Shown here one piece after another: positions 1-11,981 of a DNA stretch of 64,000 nucleotides. The translations under genes and the position numbers were made by a program. The notes under the pieces were generated by a model, which was not told the origin of the DNA, searched no databases, and saw only the letters and a list, made by a program, of their open reading frames with translations. Within the stretch, counting starts at the first letter, position 1. The number at the start of each line of letters is the position of its first letter. This stretch comes from Octopus bimaculoides (lineage: Eukaryota). The stretch lies in assembly GCF_001194135.2 (NCBI RefSeq), contig NC_068985.1, positions 122,539,007 through 122,603,006 on the forward strand, written 5' to 3'.

Positions 1-155
1 TACTGGTTCTTCTGGTCCTTTGACAAAAGGTACCTATCAACTTTGTGGAATCCCGTTACATACCACTCTTCAATTAAAATGTGCCATAAATAGAAAACCA
101 ACTGAGAAAATGGAGACATTTCCACTCACTCCATTTCTGAAACTCAGTACTTTAA

Positions 156-365
156 CCCTTTAGCATTCAGATTTCCCTGTCAAATGTAATATTTATTCAC
201 ATTGTTTTGAATTAATCATACATTAACCTGTTGCTTTGAGATTTTGATGATGTGATTGCTTAGTTTTAGAATAACATTATAGTGTAGGTGTGAGAAGTGG
301 AATCTGATTTGAACATAAAACTGTTAGAATATTATGGCTGGATATGATCGGTTTAACTGCTAAAG
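156..365. mobile_element. piggyBac-type MITE copy truncated at its right TIR
   Basis: TTAACCCTTTAGCATTCAGATT...ACTGCTAAAG, directly followed by a hAT-like element. Confidence 0.75.
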
Positions 366-634
366 CAGTGGTTCCCAAAGTGGACGGTACTGACCCCTTG
401 GGGGCAGTGGAAAAATTCAGGGGTTGTTGAAGAAAAGAAGAGTGATAATGGGGACGCCAAAAGGGGGTGATGGATGTAAAAGAAACCAAAATAATGGTCA
501 AGTTTTATTTGTGAAATACAGTTGTTTTGAATTTGATGCAGAAAGCAATGATGGTGAGTGTGTGTGGGGGGGGCGTTAGGAATGTGGCTTAGGTGCCAAG
601 GGAATGGCAACCTAAAAAAATTTGGGAACTACTG
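366..634. mobile_element. hAT-like MITE
   Basis: TIRs CAGTGGTTCCCAAA / TTTGGGAACTACTG (13/14 match); no clear 8-bp TSD. Confidence 0.65.
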
Positions 635-1713
635 CAAAAAATACACCATTTCCTCACCACTTGGTTCATACTCAGTTATCCTATGCAAAAACTTCTTTGG
701 TTGTTTGAATCCAACAAGACAACTTACCCTATACAATATCTCTTACATTGCCCTCAGATTGTGTTTATTAGCTCATAATCTCACCAAGCTATTTCATCTC
801 AGCCCATTCTATGGAAACACAGTACATTATAGCCCCCCACAAAAAAAAAACCATCTCTGATCCTACTAACATTTGTTCCTTCTAACATTTCAAGTGATAG
901 AAACAATTATCAACAACCACCATTCTCAATGCTTATAGTCTATGTTTCTCCTCAGCATCTTAGAGACAACAACTGATTGATTAGCTGAGATTGACAGGTA
1001 TGCTACAGTCGCAAGCTCATAGACATGCTATTTTTTACCCCTCGACCTTCACTACAAGGACACAATAACCTCTGCTATGCTGAAATAACAAGATGTATGC
1101 CCTCTTTATCCAATTCTCCAGTCTCTTATCTCCTGTTGTGTGTCACTTCCCAATCCTTTCCAGAACTTCAATCCACTATATTTGGTAGGATTAATTTTCT
1201 TTTAATTTATGTATTTTCCTAGAAATGCTTTCTCTTTTGACTAAGCCATAAAAAACCGCTGGAAAAAATGTTTTCAACACTAAAAACCACTTAAGGTCAG
1301 TGCTTTAACTTTCTGGGTAACAAACTGATGTATGAACATCATCAGTCCAACTTGATCTGGTCTCTATTTCTCATATGTTAAGGCTACGAAATATGGAGAA
1401 TTGTGATGCCTTAAATGTACAGTAAAATACCACCAGTAATTCCGTAACACATCTGCTCAGTCATATCTGGTTCTACACTCTCTTAAACTTATCACATATG
1501 ATTAATTTCAAACTAAATAGAGTAGATTTCCTTTCATGGTTCCAGTCATTGAACTGTGGTCATGCAGGAGCACTCAAAGGGCTTAAGACTCATACTTAAT
1601 TTTTAGGCTTCTTTTTTTGTCAAACCACTAAGTTATAGAGAAGCAAACAAATCAATACAAGCCAAATGGCGTTAACATAAAGACAGGATAGCACAAAAGA
1701 CAAACACAATAAT

Positions 1714-1753
<40 letters not shown>

Positions 1754-4553
1754 CAAGCTTCCACACAATTTCTGTTCACCAAATTCACTTATAAGGAATT
1801 GGTTGACCTGACTTTTCCAAGGTTTGCCTCAGACATTTCAGCAAGTGAATAAAAAACTACACACACACACACACACATGGAGAAAAGCAGGGATGTTTGG
1901 TTAAGTGAGTAGTTCACTTCCCAACAATGTAATTTCGGATTTGGTTCCAGTGCGTGCCATCACCTTGGGCATCTACTACAGACCCAGGCTAACCAATGCC
2001 TTGCGAGGAAATTTGGTGGAAAGAAACTGCAACAAGCCCATCATATATATATATATATACATACATACATATATAGTATGGTTGAGAAGTTTGCTTCCCA
2101 CCCACCTGGTCCTAAAGTCAGTCCCACTCTGTAGCACCTTAATGTCTGCTATAGCTCTGGGCCAAACAAAGTTTTGTGAATAGATTTGGTAGTTGGAACC
2201 TGAAAGAAGTGTGTATGTGCATGAAGGTGCAACAAAAGCTAATTTTCCTTGTTTGCTCCCAGCTGAGAGAAGTAGTGATATTGACATTCTTGTTGGCATT
2301 TTGCTTAGTCACCCTGTGCTTTTCAAGATATCTGGAATAAAGTGTCTCTTACTTGAAAACAGGCAGGTGTTGGGAACAGGAAGAGTGTCTGGTCATAAAA
2401 TTCCACCTGAAATAACTACTCATCTAAACTTATTCTTGCATGGCAAAACTGATGTTAAATGAATGAACAAACACATGTATCTCATCCTTTCCCCTTTTCC
2501 TCATTTTATTATTCATTTTTCTATGCTTGCATGAATTGGACAGAATTTATTGAGGCAGATTTTCTATGGCTGGATGCCCTTCCTGTCATCAACACTTACC
2601 TGTTTCCAAGCAAGGCAATATTTCCCCATGGCCAGACATGATTTTGCAGAATATTGCAAATGAATAGCATTCATTTATAACAATGAAGTGATGCCAGCTT
2701 CAGTCTACCAAATCCTCTCACGAAGTTTTGTTTGATCTGGGGCTATAGTTGAAGATGTTTGCCAAAGGTGCCATGCAGTGGGACTGAAGCCAAGAACCAT
2801 GTGATTGGGAAGCAAATTCCTCAGCCACACAAAACTACATCTGTACTTCCAAAAGTATATAACAGAGAAAAAAAAAAAAAAAAGAGATTTCAGTTGAATA
2901 TTGACAATTTATTTATCATCAATATGCAGATATTGAAATATTTAAACCAGCCTGTCTTCCTCATTAAGGTACACATATGATAATAAACAGGCACTTTTGA
3001 TAAATAGTTCAGTGAATGCACATACAAAGAAATTAAAAAAAAAAATAAATATAACATGATGAAACAAGGTATTTTTTTTTGTTTTATTACAACTTAAGCT
3101 CACAGTCAAACAAGCTTTACTTGCTCATATCAAAAGAGCACGATGTTAAAATTCTCACAGATTTTTAATATTACATATACATTATATATACACACATACA
3201 CATATAATATGTTTGTATATATGTATTCATATATGTATATATATATTTATTTATATATATACACATATATATAAACATATGCCACATGTATATATGTCCA
3301 TGTATTTATACATGTNNNNNNNNNNTACTTATGTATGTGTGTATATATGTGTATGCGTGTGTGTATAAATATATATATACACGCACATGCATACACACAG
3401 ACATATATATATCATTTTGGGTTTTACAAAAATGATATTGATAAAAGCTTTATTCCAAAATATATTAAAAATAGAAGTCAGATTGGTGGAATAGGCAGTA
3501 AGAAACTCTATAAGGATGGAATAGTGAGTTTTATTGAAAATTCTCTCTTTTTTTTATTTCTTTATTTTAGAATCTTATTAAAAGATTTAGAAAGTATAGG
3601 AATGTCTAAATCTGGAATGTATTTAAAATTTAAATTTCTTATTAAAAAACAGACAAAAAAATGTATTTTCGAAGTGTTGGAGTGGAGGAAGAACAATGAA
3701 CATTATTATTTTTATTATTATTATTATTATTATTATTGTTGTTATTAATCATTATTATTATCATTAACTCTTGGGTTTTATAAAAATCATGATTATGTAT
3801 AAACTAGTTTCTGTAAATATTTTATGCTATAATGAAATAAGGCAAAATGAATGAATAAATAAAATAAAAACCCAAAACAGAAAAAATCTCAAAAAAATAA
3901 AAATAAATCAATCAAAATAAAAACCAAAAGAAAATCAATAACAGAAGGTTTAACTCAAAATTCAAATTGACACTTTTTTCTGAAAGATCTGCTTAAGTTT
4001 GCAGATTAATTAATAAATCATCATTGGTAATCCACAATTAGATATGTATAAAGCATGTAACATAAACCTTAGTTTAATTAATTCATTATTTAATCACTGG
4101 ACTCATTAAGGTTCAGCTGTCACATCTCTTTCTCTCACTCTTTCACAATATACATGCACATGTATACATAGACACTCATATATACACACACATACACATT
4201 CATATATATACACACACATACACATTCATATATATGCACTCACATATACTCTCACATACTCATATACGCATTCACATGCACATATATACACACTCACATA
4301 CACACATATATACACACTCACATACACACATATATACACACTCACATACACACACATCTATCTATCTATCTATATATATATATATACACAGACATACATA
4401 TACATATATATGCATATAAGGAAAACTATTATTAATAGACTAGGATAAATTTACTCATATACACATGCACATATTGATTTTAGTTTCAGCTATAAGCTGC
4501 TAATTTAGATGAAGAATGGTGAGATTGAGTAACATTCATGCCATTTCACAGCA

Positions 4554-4559
4554 TTTATT
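4554..4559 (-). promoter_or_regulatory. candidate distal polyadenylation signal AATAAA (would give a ~3.4 kb 3'UTR)
   Basis: Minus strand caAATAAAtgctgtgaaatggcatg at the end of a long stretch (4500-7900) with no recognisable transposon. Confidence 0.25.
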
Positions 4560-4659
4560 GTAAAAGAAAGGAAATGGCTTGAGATGACAATAGAAATGAC
4601 ATCACATCAGTGCTGTAAATAGCTAACACTCACCTATACACACTCACACATGTGTGTGC

Positions 4660-4704
<45 letters not shown>

Positions 4705-6613
4705 AAATCATATTGCATATGATTTAATATATGTTGTGTGTGTATATATGTGTGTTGTCATGATATATACATAATATAGATATAAAATATATGTACATAT
4801 ATACAATATGTATCATTTGCTTCTTTAAATATATCAATTTATTATATATATAACAAATGTTACATAACATTAAATAATAAATACATTAACATATCTGAAA
4901 AAACAAATGATTATACACACAATGTCATTTACATACACAAAGACAATGTACATATGTATATATATAATATTATCATGTACTTCTTTATTTAATCTTATTT
5001 TCATAAATATATAAACAATTACCTAATAAAAATTAATCATTCAAACTTCTTACATTTTACAGAGGCAATAATAAAACGTATTCCCCCCACCAAACAAGAA
5101 AAAAAAAAGTAACAGCTAAGCACAATCCAGATAATTATCCTTTTAATAAACTGAACAAATTCATTATCATATTTCATTTGACATGTATTCGTTAAAAGAG
5201 AATCAAGTAATATTATTCTTTAAAATGTTGCTCTTTGTGAAAAAGTGAGAATGGCACAAAAGTTACTAAAAACTTTTCTGCTAATAATTTGGCACAAATT
5301 TAAATCTTACTTGATAAAAAATTTCCAATGTTTTATTGGTTACATAAATTATTTTGTTTTGTGGAGGTATGATAAAAGAAAAGGAAATTGATACTTATGC
5401 TTTTATTATAAAAGTTATTATTAACTAAGGACTTTGAAAATGTTTACCTATCACTTTCCTAATTTCAGATATTTCCCTTTCAAAATTCTGCATTGGTGAT
5501 TGTCTTTTAGGGATTCTGTCTAGAAATGGTGGAATGTATGTTTCAATAGCATGATGTAATGATTTCTCTCCTTTTTCTATATATATTTTTTTAATATTGA
5601 TTTCTGTGGTTTAAATATAAAGCAATTTTATTGTAGTAAAGTGGTGACTGCAGTTGAGTGCATTGATCTAGTATAGCACTTGTTGTTGGTATCATAATAA
5701 TTAGTATTATTATTTCTTTGACTCATCCCTATGCTAGAGGAATAAAGGCAAATATCAATCCCTGGTTACAGTTGAAACTGGAAGAGTAAGGACTGGAACT
5801 AAATACAGTTATAATAGCTGTTGAATAAGAGATGAACTGCGCAGTATCCAACTCAATATATAACAGTTCCTGCCCAGCTTTTGTCTGTCTTGGCCATAGC
5901 ACAGCTTTGTTGATAGGTAATATTGAAACATAGTTTATCTATAAGATAATCCAAAGTTCAATAGAGGATTTCAGAAAGCTATAGATTAGAAAAAATACTC
6001 TTATGCATCTTTCAGATTTTTGTTTCTGATTTCCTCTGTGGGATATCTTCTACAAAAAATATTAATTTGATTGAACTAACTATTAAAAATTGGATTCTTA
6101 ATTTGCAAGGATGAAGACATATTCTGATTGCATTGTTCTGAGAAGATTGCTAGTACTTTATTCAGTTGATTTTCCAAGATTTAAAAAGCAAAGTTAATGA
6201 TGGTGAGATAGATACACGCAATGAAGGCAGAGTTATGAAAAACTAAACACAGAAAGAAAGTTGATTTAGTTTACTCAACTACTATTGCTATTCACTTGTT
6301 GTCCGGGTTTGATTATTATAATTATTATTAACTTTTTATTGTAATTACACAATAATTTTCTTTGCTAGACTTTGTAATAATAAAGTTGCATTTTTAAAAT
6401 TATAACTGGAAGCTTTAATATAGATGATAAGAAACAAAGCAAAAAATATCCACTCTTAATTTTTCTCTTTCGCACTCTCACACACTCAGAGGTGTTGTAG
6501 CTATTATTGCACTTTAATCTTCCTGATATGTTTTGCTTTTGAATACAAGCATTTGAAATCCACATTTACGTGGCTCTACTCTTTCTGATTTTGTATATAT
6601 ATGTTATATTTAG

Positions 6614-6646
<33 letters not shown>

Positions 6647-6820
6647 ACAATAAACAAAACATATCTATTTATGACATATATAAGATATAACAAATATATA
6701 TATATTCTAATCATAAATAGATTATATATATATATATAATGTATTTATCTGGATATATATATATTTAATATTTCAGACATTTTATATTATAAATATATTA
6801 TTATATATATATTAATTTGT

Positions 6821-6868
<48 letters not shown>

Positions 6869-7276
6869 TACACATGCACATCCATTAATGAAAACAGTAT
6901 ACTTTATATATATATGTATATATATAATGTTATACCATTGATACCATATGTGAGTGTATATATATATATGTATACATGAAGTAATAGAAAAAAAAAGAAA
7001 TGAAGGCAGTAAGAAACAAGGGATTAGTTTGAATAATTTTTTTCCAATTTTTATGCACATCTACACTTGTTAAAGTCTGCACCACATATACATGACAGTA
7101 TAAAATATCTGTTTTGGAGATCACCAAGAATATTTTTGTCCAACGTTCAGTTTCTCTGTGAATTCTAACAGGCAGGAACAGCAGTGGCAGCCGGAGTGGA
7201 AATAGAGCAAACATCATTCAATGTTGAATATTATGTCTGAAAGATTATTTTTTTCATTTTAGAAAACAGAAAAAAA

Positions 7277-7281
7277 GATAG

Positions 7282-7360
<79 letters not shown>

Positions 7361-7410
7361 TAGAGAGAGAGAGAGAGAGGGATAGAGAGAGAGAGAGAGA
7401 GCAAGAGAAA
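7277..7410. repeat. (GATA)n(GA)n microsatellite in the putative 3'UTR
   Basis: Direct inspection. Confidence 0.97.
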
Positions 7411-7510
7411 GAGAGAATGAAACAACCTTTTTTAAATTTGTTTTTTTTTTTAAATTATAGCATGGTTAATTGGTTGAGGGACCAGATTTGAATTAAGATT
7501 GGTTAGTCTT

Positions 7511-7516
7511 TTATTG
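7511..7516 (-). promoter_or_regulatory. candidate proximal polyadenylation signal AATAAA of PRKAR2
   Basis: TTTATT on the + strand about 420 nt downstream of the stop; the hexamer is common in AT-rich DNA, so support is weak. Confidence 0.3.
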
Positions 7517-7936
7517 AATGAGAAAGAAGAGAGAAGTACAAAGTTCACCATACATGCCTTCACACGAAGTTCACCATATACACGCACATGTACCAAATAA
7601 GTAAACCACATACACACATGCATACAAGTGGGATTTCAAAGCAACATTTAACTGCAGACCATTCAGAGACTTTCACTATTGATTGGTTGTTTTGATAGAT
7701 GCTAACACAGGTGTTACTTCACTCACGTCATGACAGGAATCAGGGAATGGTTATCATTTATCTTGGCACTGGTGGGTTAACAAGTAAGTAGGGAGGTGGG
7801 TGAAGATCAAGGAAATGGTGTGTAGAGTGAACTGGTAATGTTAGAAAGGAGGTGTACTGAAAGAGGGAGGGAGGGAGGGAGAGAGAGGAAGAAAGATATG
7901 TTGGTATGAATGGAAATATATTAACAGGAATAAAGT

Positions 7937-8067
7937 TCACCGAAGGTCAGAGATATTGTTTTCAGATCCAAATATATTAATGAGTTGTTCTTCATAAGTT
8001 TCTATGTTTCTCTTCATAATTTCCATGCAAGGGCCCAAAAGGCGTTCAAATGCTCCAACACTTAACA
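7937..8067 (-). CDS. PRKAR2: PKA-RII last coding exon [43 protein letters not shown], 131 nt
   Basis: ttttctttttcag|TGTTAAG...CGG TGA; stop at 7937-7939. Confidence 0.96.
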
Positions 8068-9982
8068 CTGAAAAAGAAAATGAAAATTTTAATTGAAATG
8101 TAAATTTATTGAAAACTTAATTCTTGTTTTTCAAATAAATGTCACATTAGCTAATTACAACCTACCACCAATTGCAAAGTTAGGACAGAGATGGAAGGGA
8201 ACCTGAATTAATTCCATGGGAATGGAATTTAGTTAAAACTTCTTTTGGTTTGGCAACAACTTTGGAGTTGTTAGATTAGGCATATTTTTAGAAGAAAGAG
8301 TTAAAGCCTGTGATAAATAATTAAATTGGACTGGACATGGACAACATGACAAAAGCAGTGATCTCTGTATATGTGTCACAGTCAAGATTGTCAGATGAGT
8401 CAAGGATCTGTTTCTGTGAGGCCCTCTTGCCGACTACCTTCATAACAAATGACACCTTTCTCAGCATGGCTGGTGACTTTACTACACATTGGACAACAGC
8501 ATGCTGCTACTCCAGTGTATATGGAGGCTATAGTTATGGTACGAGGAATGCACAGAGAAGGAAACTCTTGAAATTATACAATACAAATGCCCTAACCATT
8601 TGCAGCACCAGCTACAAGAAACTAGCCAGCCACCTGATCACTTACCATTTATGTAAATGCAGAAGTTAAGACAGACTTTACACTCAATTAAAAAAGGAAA
8701 AGATAAATGACTGTGAATATTAAGTCATTCTCTGATGAAGAATGCATCACTCAATGTAGCTTTGTGATTATTGATATAATTAAAGCTAGATAGACTCAGA
8801 GAAACATAACGACCTGGAGAAGTCGAAAGACTTCTCAGCCAGTACTAAGAGATCATATGTTGAGAAGGAGGAAAAAAAAAAAACCTATAATATTGAAGAC
8901 GACTGGAAGTTTCAATGAAATAATCTGCTATGGGCCACAGATCAAAGTTCCAGCAAGATATAGTGGTAGCGTATGTAGTACAGTACATAGAGCCATAAAA
9001 ACCTATGAGAATAGAAAGAATGAAAGAAAGGTGGAACAAAGAACAATATAATTGGTTAGAAGAAAAGCTGGAAGTCAAGTATACGTAGCATAGAGAGAAG
9101 TGGTAAGTAAACGGTTTGCCAATGTTCTGTGATATGAGAATTAGATGTGTGAGGTGTTCTGAATTCAAAAGCAATGTTTCAGTATGAATCTAGGAGTTGT
9201 TGACAAAAAGTGTGCTCATAATGATAATAGCACACTAACCCTTATAGATACCCGGAAGAAAAGAGGTATGAAAAACCTACTGCAGGGAGTTGCTGATGAG
9301 AGACTACCCAAAAATTGATTTGGTAGTTATATGGTTGAAATGACCATTAAAGATAAAAAAGGCAAGTAAGACTGTCTCACTTATCTATTTTCCTTAATGC
9401 TCATTTCAAAAAGAAGACAGAACTACTGTTACCTGGGAAGTTACCATATCTGATATGCATAACAGTAGTTGGTAGGAATTCCATATGGTTTAACTATAAG
9501 GAGCATAAAAGGTGCAGGAGATATACAAATAAAGTGATAAAGAACATCAGATGTAGCAGATAAGCAAGATCTGTTACCCAGGTGACCAAATTGGCACTGG
9601 AGGGGAATGTTTTGAAAGTAGAGTAGCCTGAATAGGAAGAGGGTGAATAATGTTCAAGTAGAAAGAAAGGGCTTCTCTGTTCCAATTTTCAACCTAAATG
9701 TAATCTTATATGTATCTCTAAAAAGATGCAATGGTCAGTGCTAGAGGGTCTGTGGTCATTAGAAAGAGTTGTTCAATTAGAACTGAATGGGGTCCCAACA
9801 ACACCAACACTTCATACAAACATTAGAAATATACTGAGAGATATTGGAAATGTCATTTACCTGCAAATCTGGAATGTCCCATTGATGTGGCCGTTGCTGC
9901 CCTCGGTTTATGAGTAAGTAAAGCTAGTTCTGTAAGAGAGAGGTGAAACATTAGAATTCAGTATATGTGTGTGTGTGATTCA

Positions 9983-10050
<68 letters not shown>

Positions 10051-10581
10051 NNNNNNNNNNTATATATATATATATATATATATACATATATACTTACACA
10101 AACAATACACACACATACTTACAAACATATACACATATATATATATACATACACAAACATATACACATATGTATACATACACAAACATACACACACATGT
10201 ATACAGACACATACATGTATATGTACACAAACATATACACACACACACACATCATCATCATCATCGTTTAACGTCCGCTTTCCATGCTAGCATGGGTTGG
10301 ACGATTTGACTGAGGACTGGTGAACCAGATGGCTACACCAGGCTCCAAGCTGATTTGGCAGTGTTTCTACAGCTTGTGGCCCTTCCGTCTGGCATTCGGC
10401 ATGATAGATTGCTAGCCACTACAGACATTTTTTTTCTCTCCTTGTTTCTGTGTTCCTTTCTGTGGAAGAGCGTTGGCTCGAAACATTAAAGACTTTTCCA
10501 ATTCCTGAGCATTATACTAATACATCTGTTTGTTTTCTACACCGCCTGTCTTTGTCGTTTGTTTTTTTTGTGAATTCTCCC

Positions 10582-10622
<41 letters not shown>

Positions 10623-11899
10623 GCATATATAAAGTTACAATCTAAATAATCAAGAAAAAGTATTAAGCCCCAACTAAACATACATACATACTACATATAT
10701 ACATACAGACATACATACATACATGCATACATGCATCCTGTGTCTCCTGGATTTTTTTTTTAAATAGGATACTGTGTCCCTGTATGTCAATAGAACCAGC
10801 AGAAAAAGATTGGCATAAAAAAAGACATCTGATCATAAAACACTGTCTCAAAAAGTCCAATCCAACTCCTACCAGCATGGAAAAGCAGATGTTAATAAAT
10901 ACTCATAAGAGAAAGAGTATTGACTCACCACCAAAATAACTGCCTTTACCACATCTTTTAACTTCTACTGATTCATCTCCCTGTCATGAGAAAAATTCAG
11001 ATTTAAGGTTAAAAGGGTTATGCAATAAAGTTTGTATGCCTATACAACAGATATTAATAATTCATAGAAGTTAAAACATTTTGCAAATACCAATTAAAAT
11101 TAATACAGATAACAAATGAGGATAGGTAACGAAGTCTCAAGTTGAGAGGGAAAGCATAAGAATATGGTGAAGTTCCTGACTTTCTCAAGAATATTATTCA
11201 AGGCAGTGAGCTGGCAGAATCATTAGCATGCGGGACAAAATGCTTAGTGGTATTTCATCTTTTGTTATGTTCTGAGTTCAAACCCCACCGAGGTCGACTT
11301 TGCCTTTCAGCAAAAATTATAATAGCACAAATCAGTTTGAGAAGTTGACTACTGCTTCTTTAGTCAATGTAAAGAGACAACTAAATAACAAGGTGTTTTG
11401 TCCATCAATTCAACGATTCTGTCACCAGAAAGGACTGATAGATGAATTAGGAAGGAAGGGGCGATGTCATACTTGGTAGTAGGATGATGAAAATTGTATG
11501 CCGAAAAAAATAAATCAAACAGCGTTTCAACTATGTGTGAATATATGTGTGTATGTAAAAGGGTGGTATGTGAATGTGCGTGTGTGTGTGTGAATGAATG
11601 AGTGCATGTGTGTGTGTGTATGTGTGTATATGTGTACATGTGTGCACACAATGGAAGTGGGATGGTTCATCTTTGTTCGTTTAGTATTTGGGTTTAATTT
11701 TTGATTTGGTTGAATCTTCATTGGTTTTTTTTTTGTTGGTCAGTTATTTTTAGCGTTTTGATAGAAAAAGTCATTCTAAAATTGTTTTCTAACGTAAGCG
11801 TGCCCAAACAAATCGGATGCTTACACAGAGCAGGTTTTACAGCCACATCGTCCAAACCGACTGTGTGAAACCAAGCATAGCTGCTAGTGTGTACGTGTG

Positions 11900-11981
<82 letters not shown>

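Noticed and set aside
3335-3748. 137-aa plus-strand ORF
   Set aside because: Begins and ends in simple repeats, low-complexity K/I/F composition, no recognisable domain or splice context.
7175-7236. Plus-strand acceptor followed by GRNSSGSRSGNRANIIQC*
   Set aside because: Short, no upstream exons found, and it lies within the probable PRKAR2 3'UTR.
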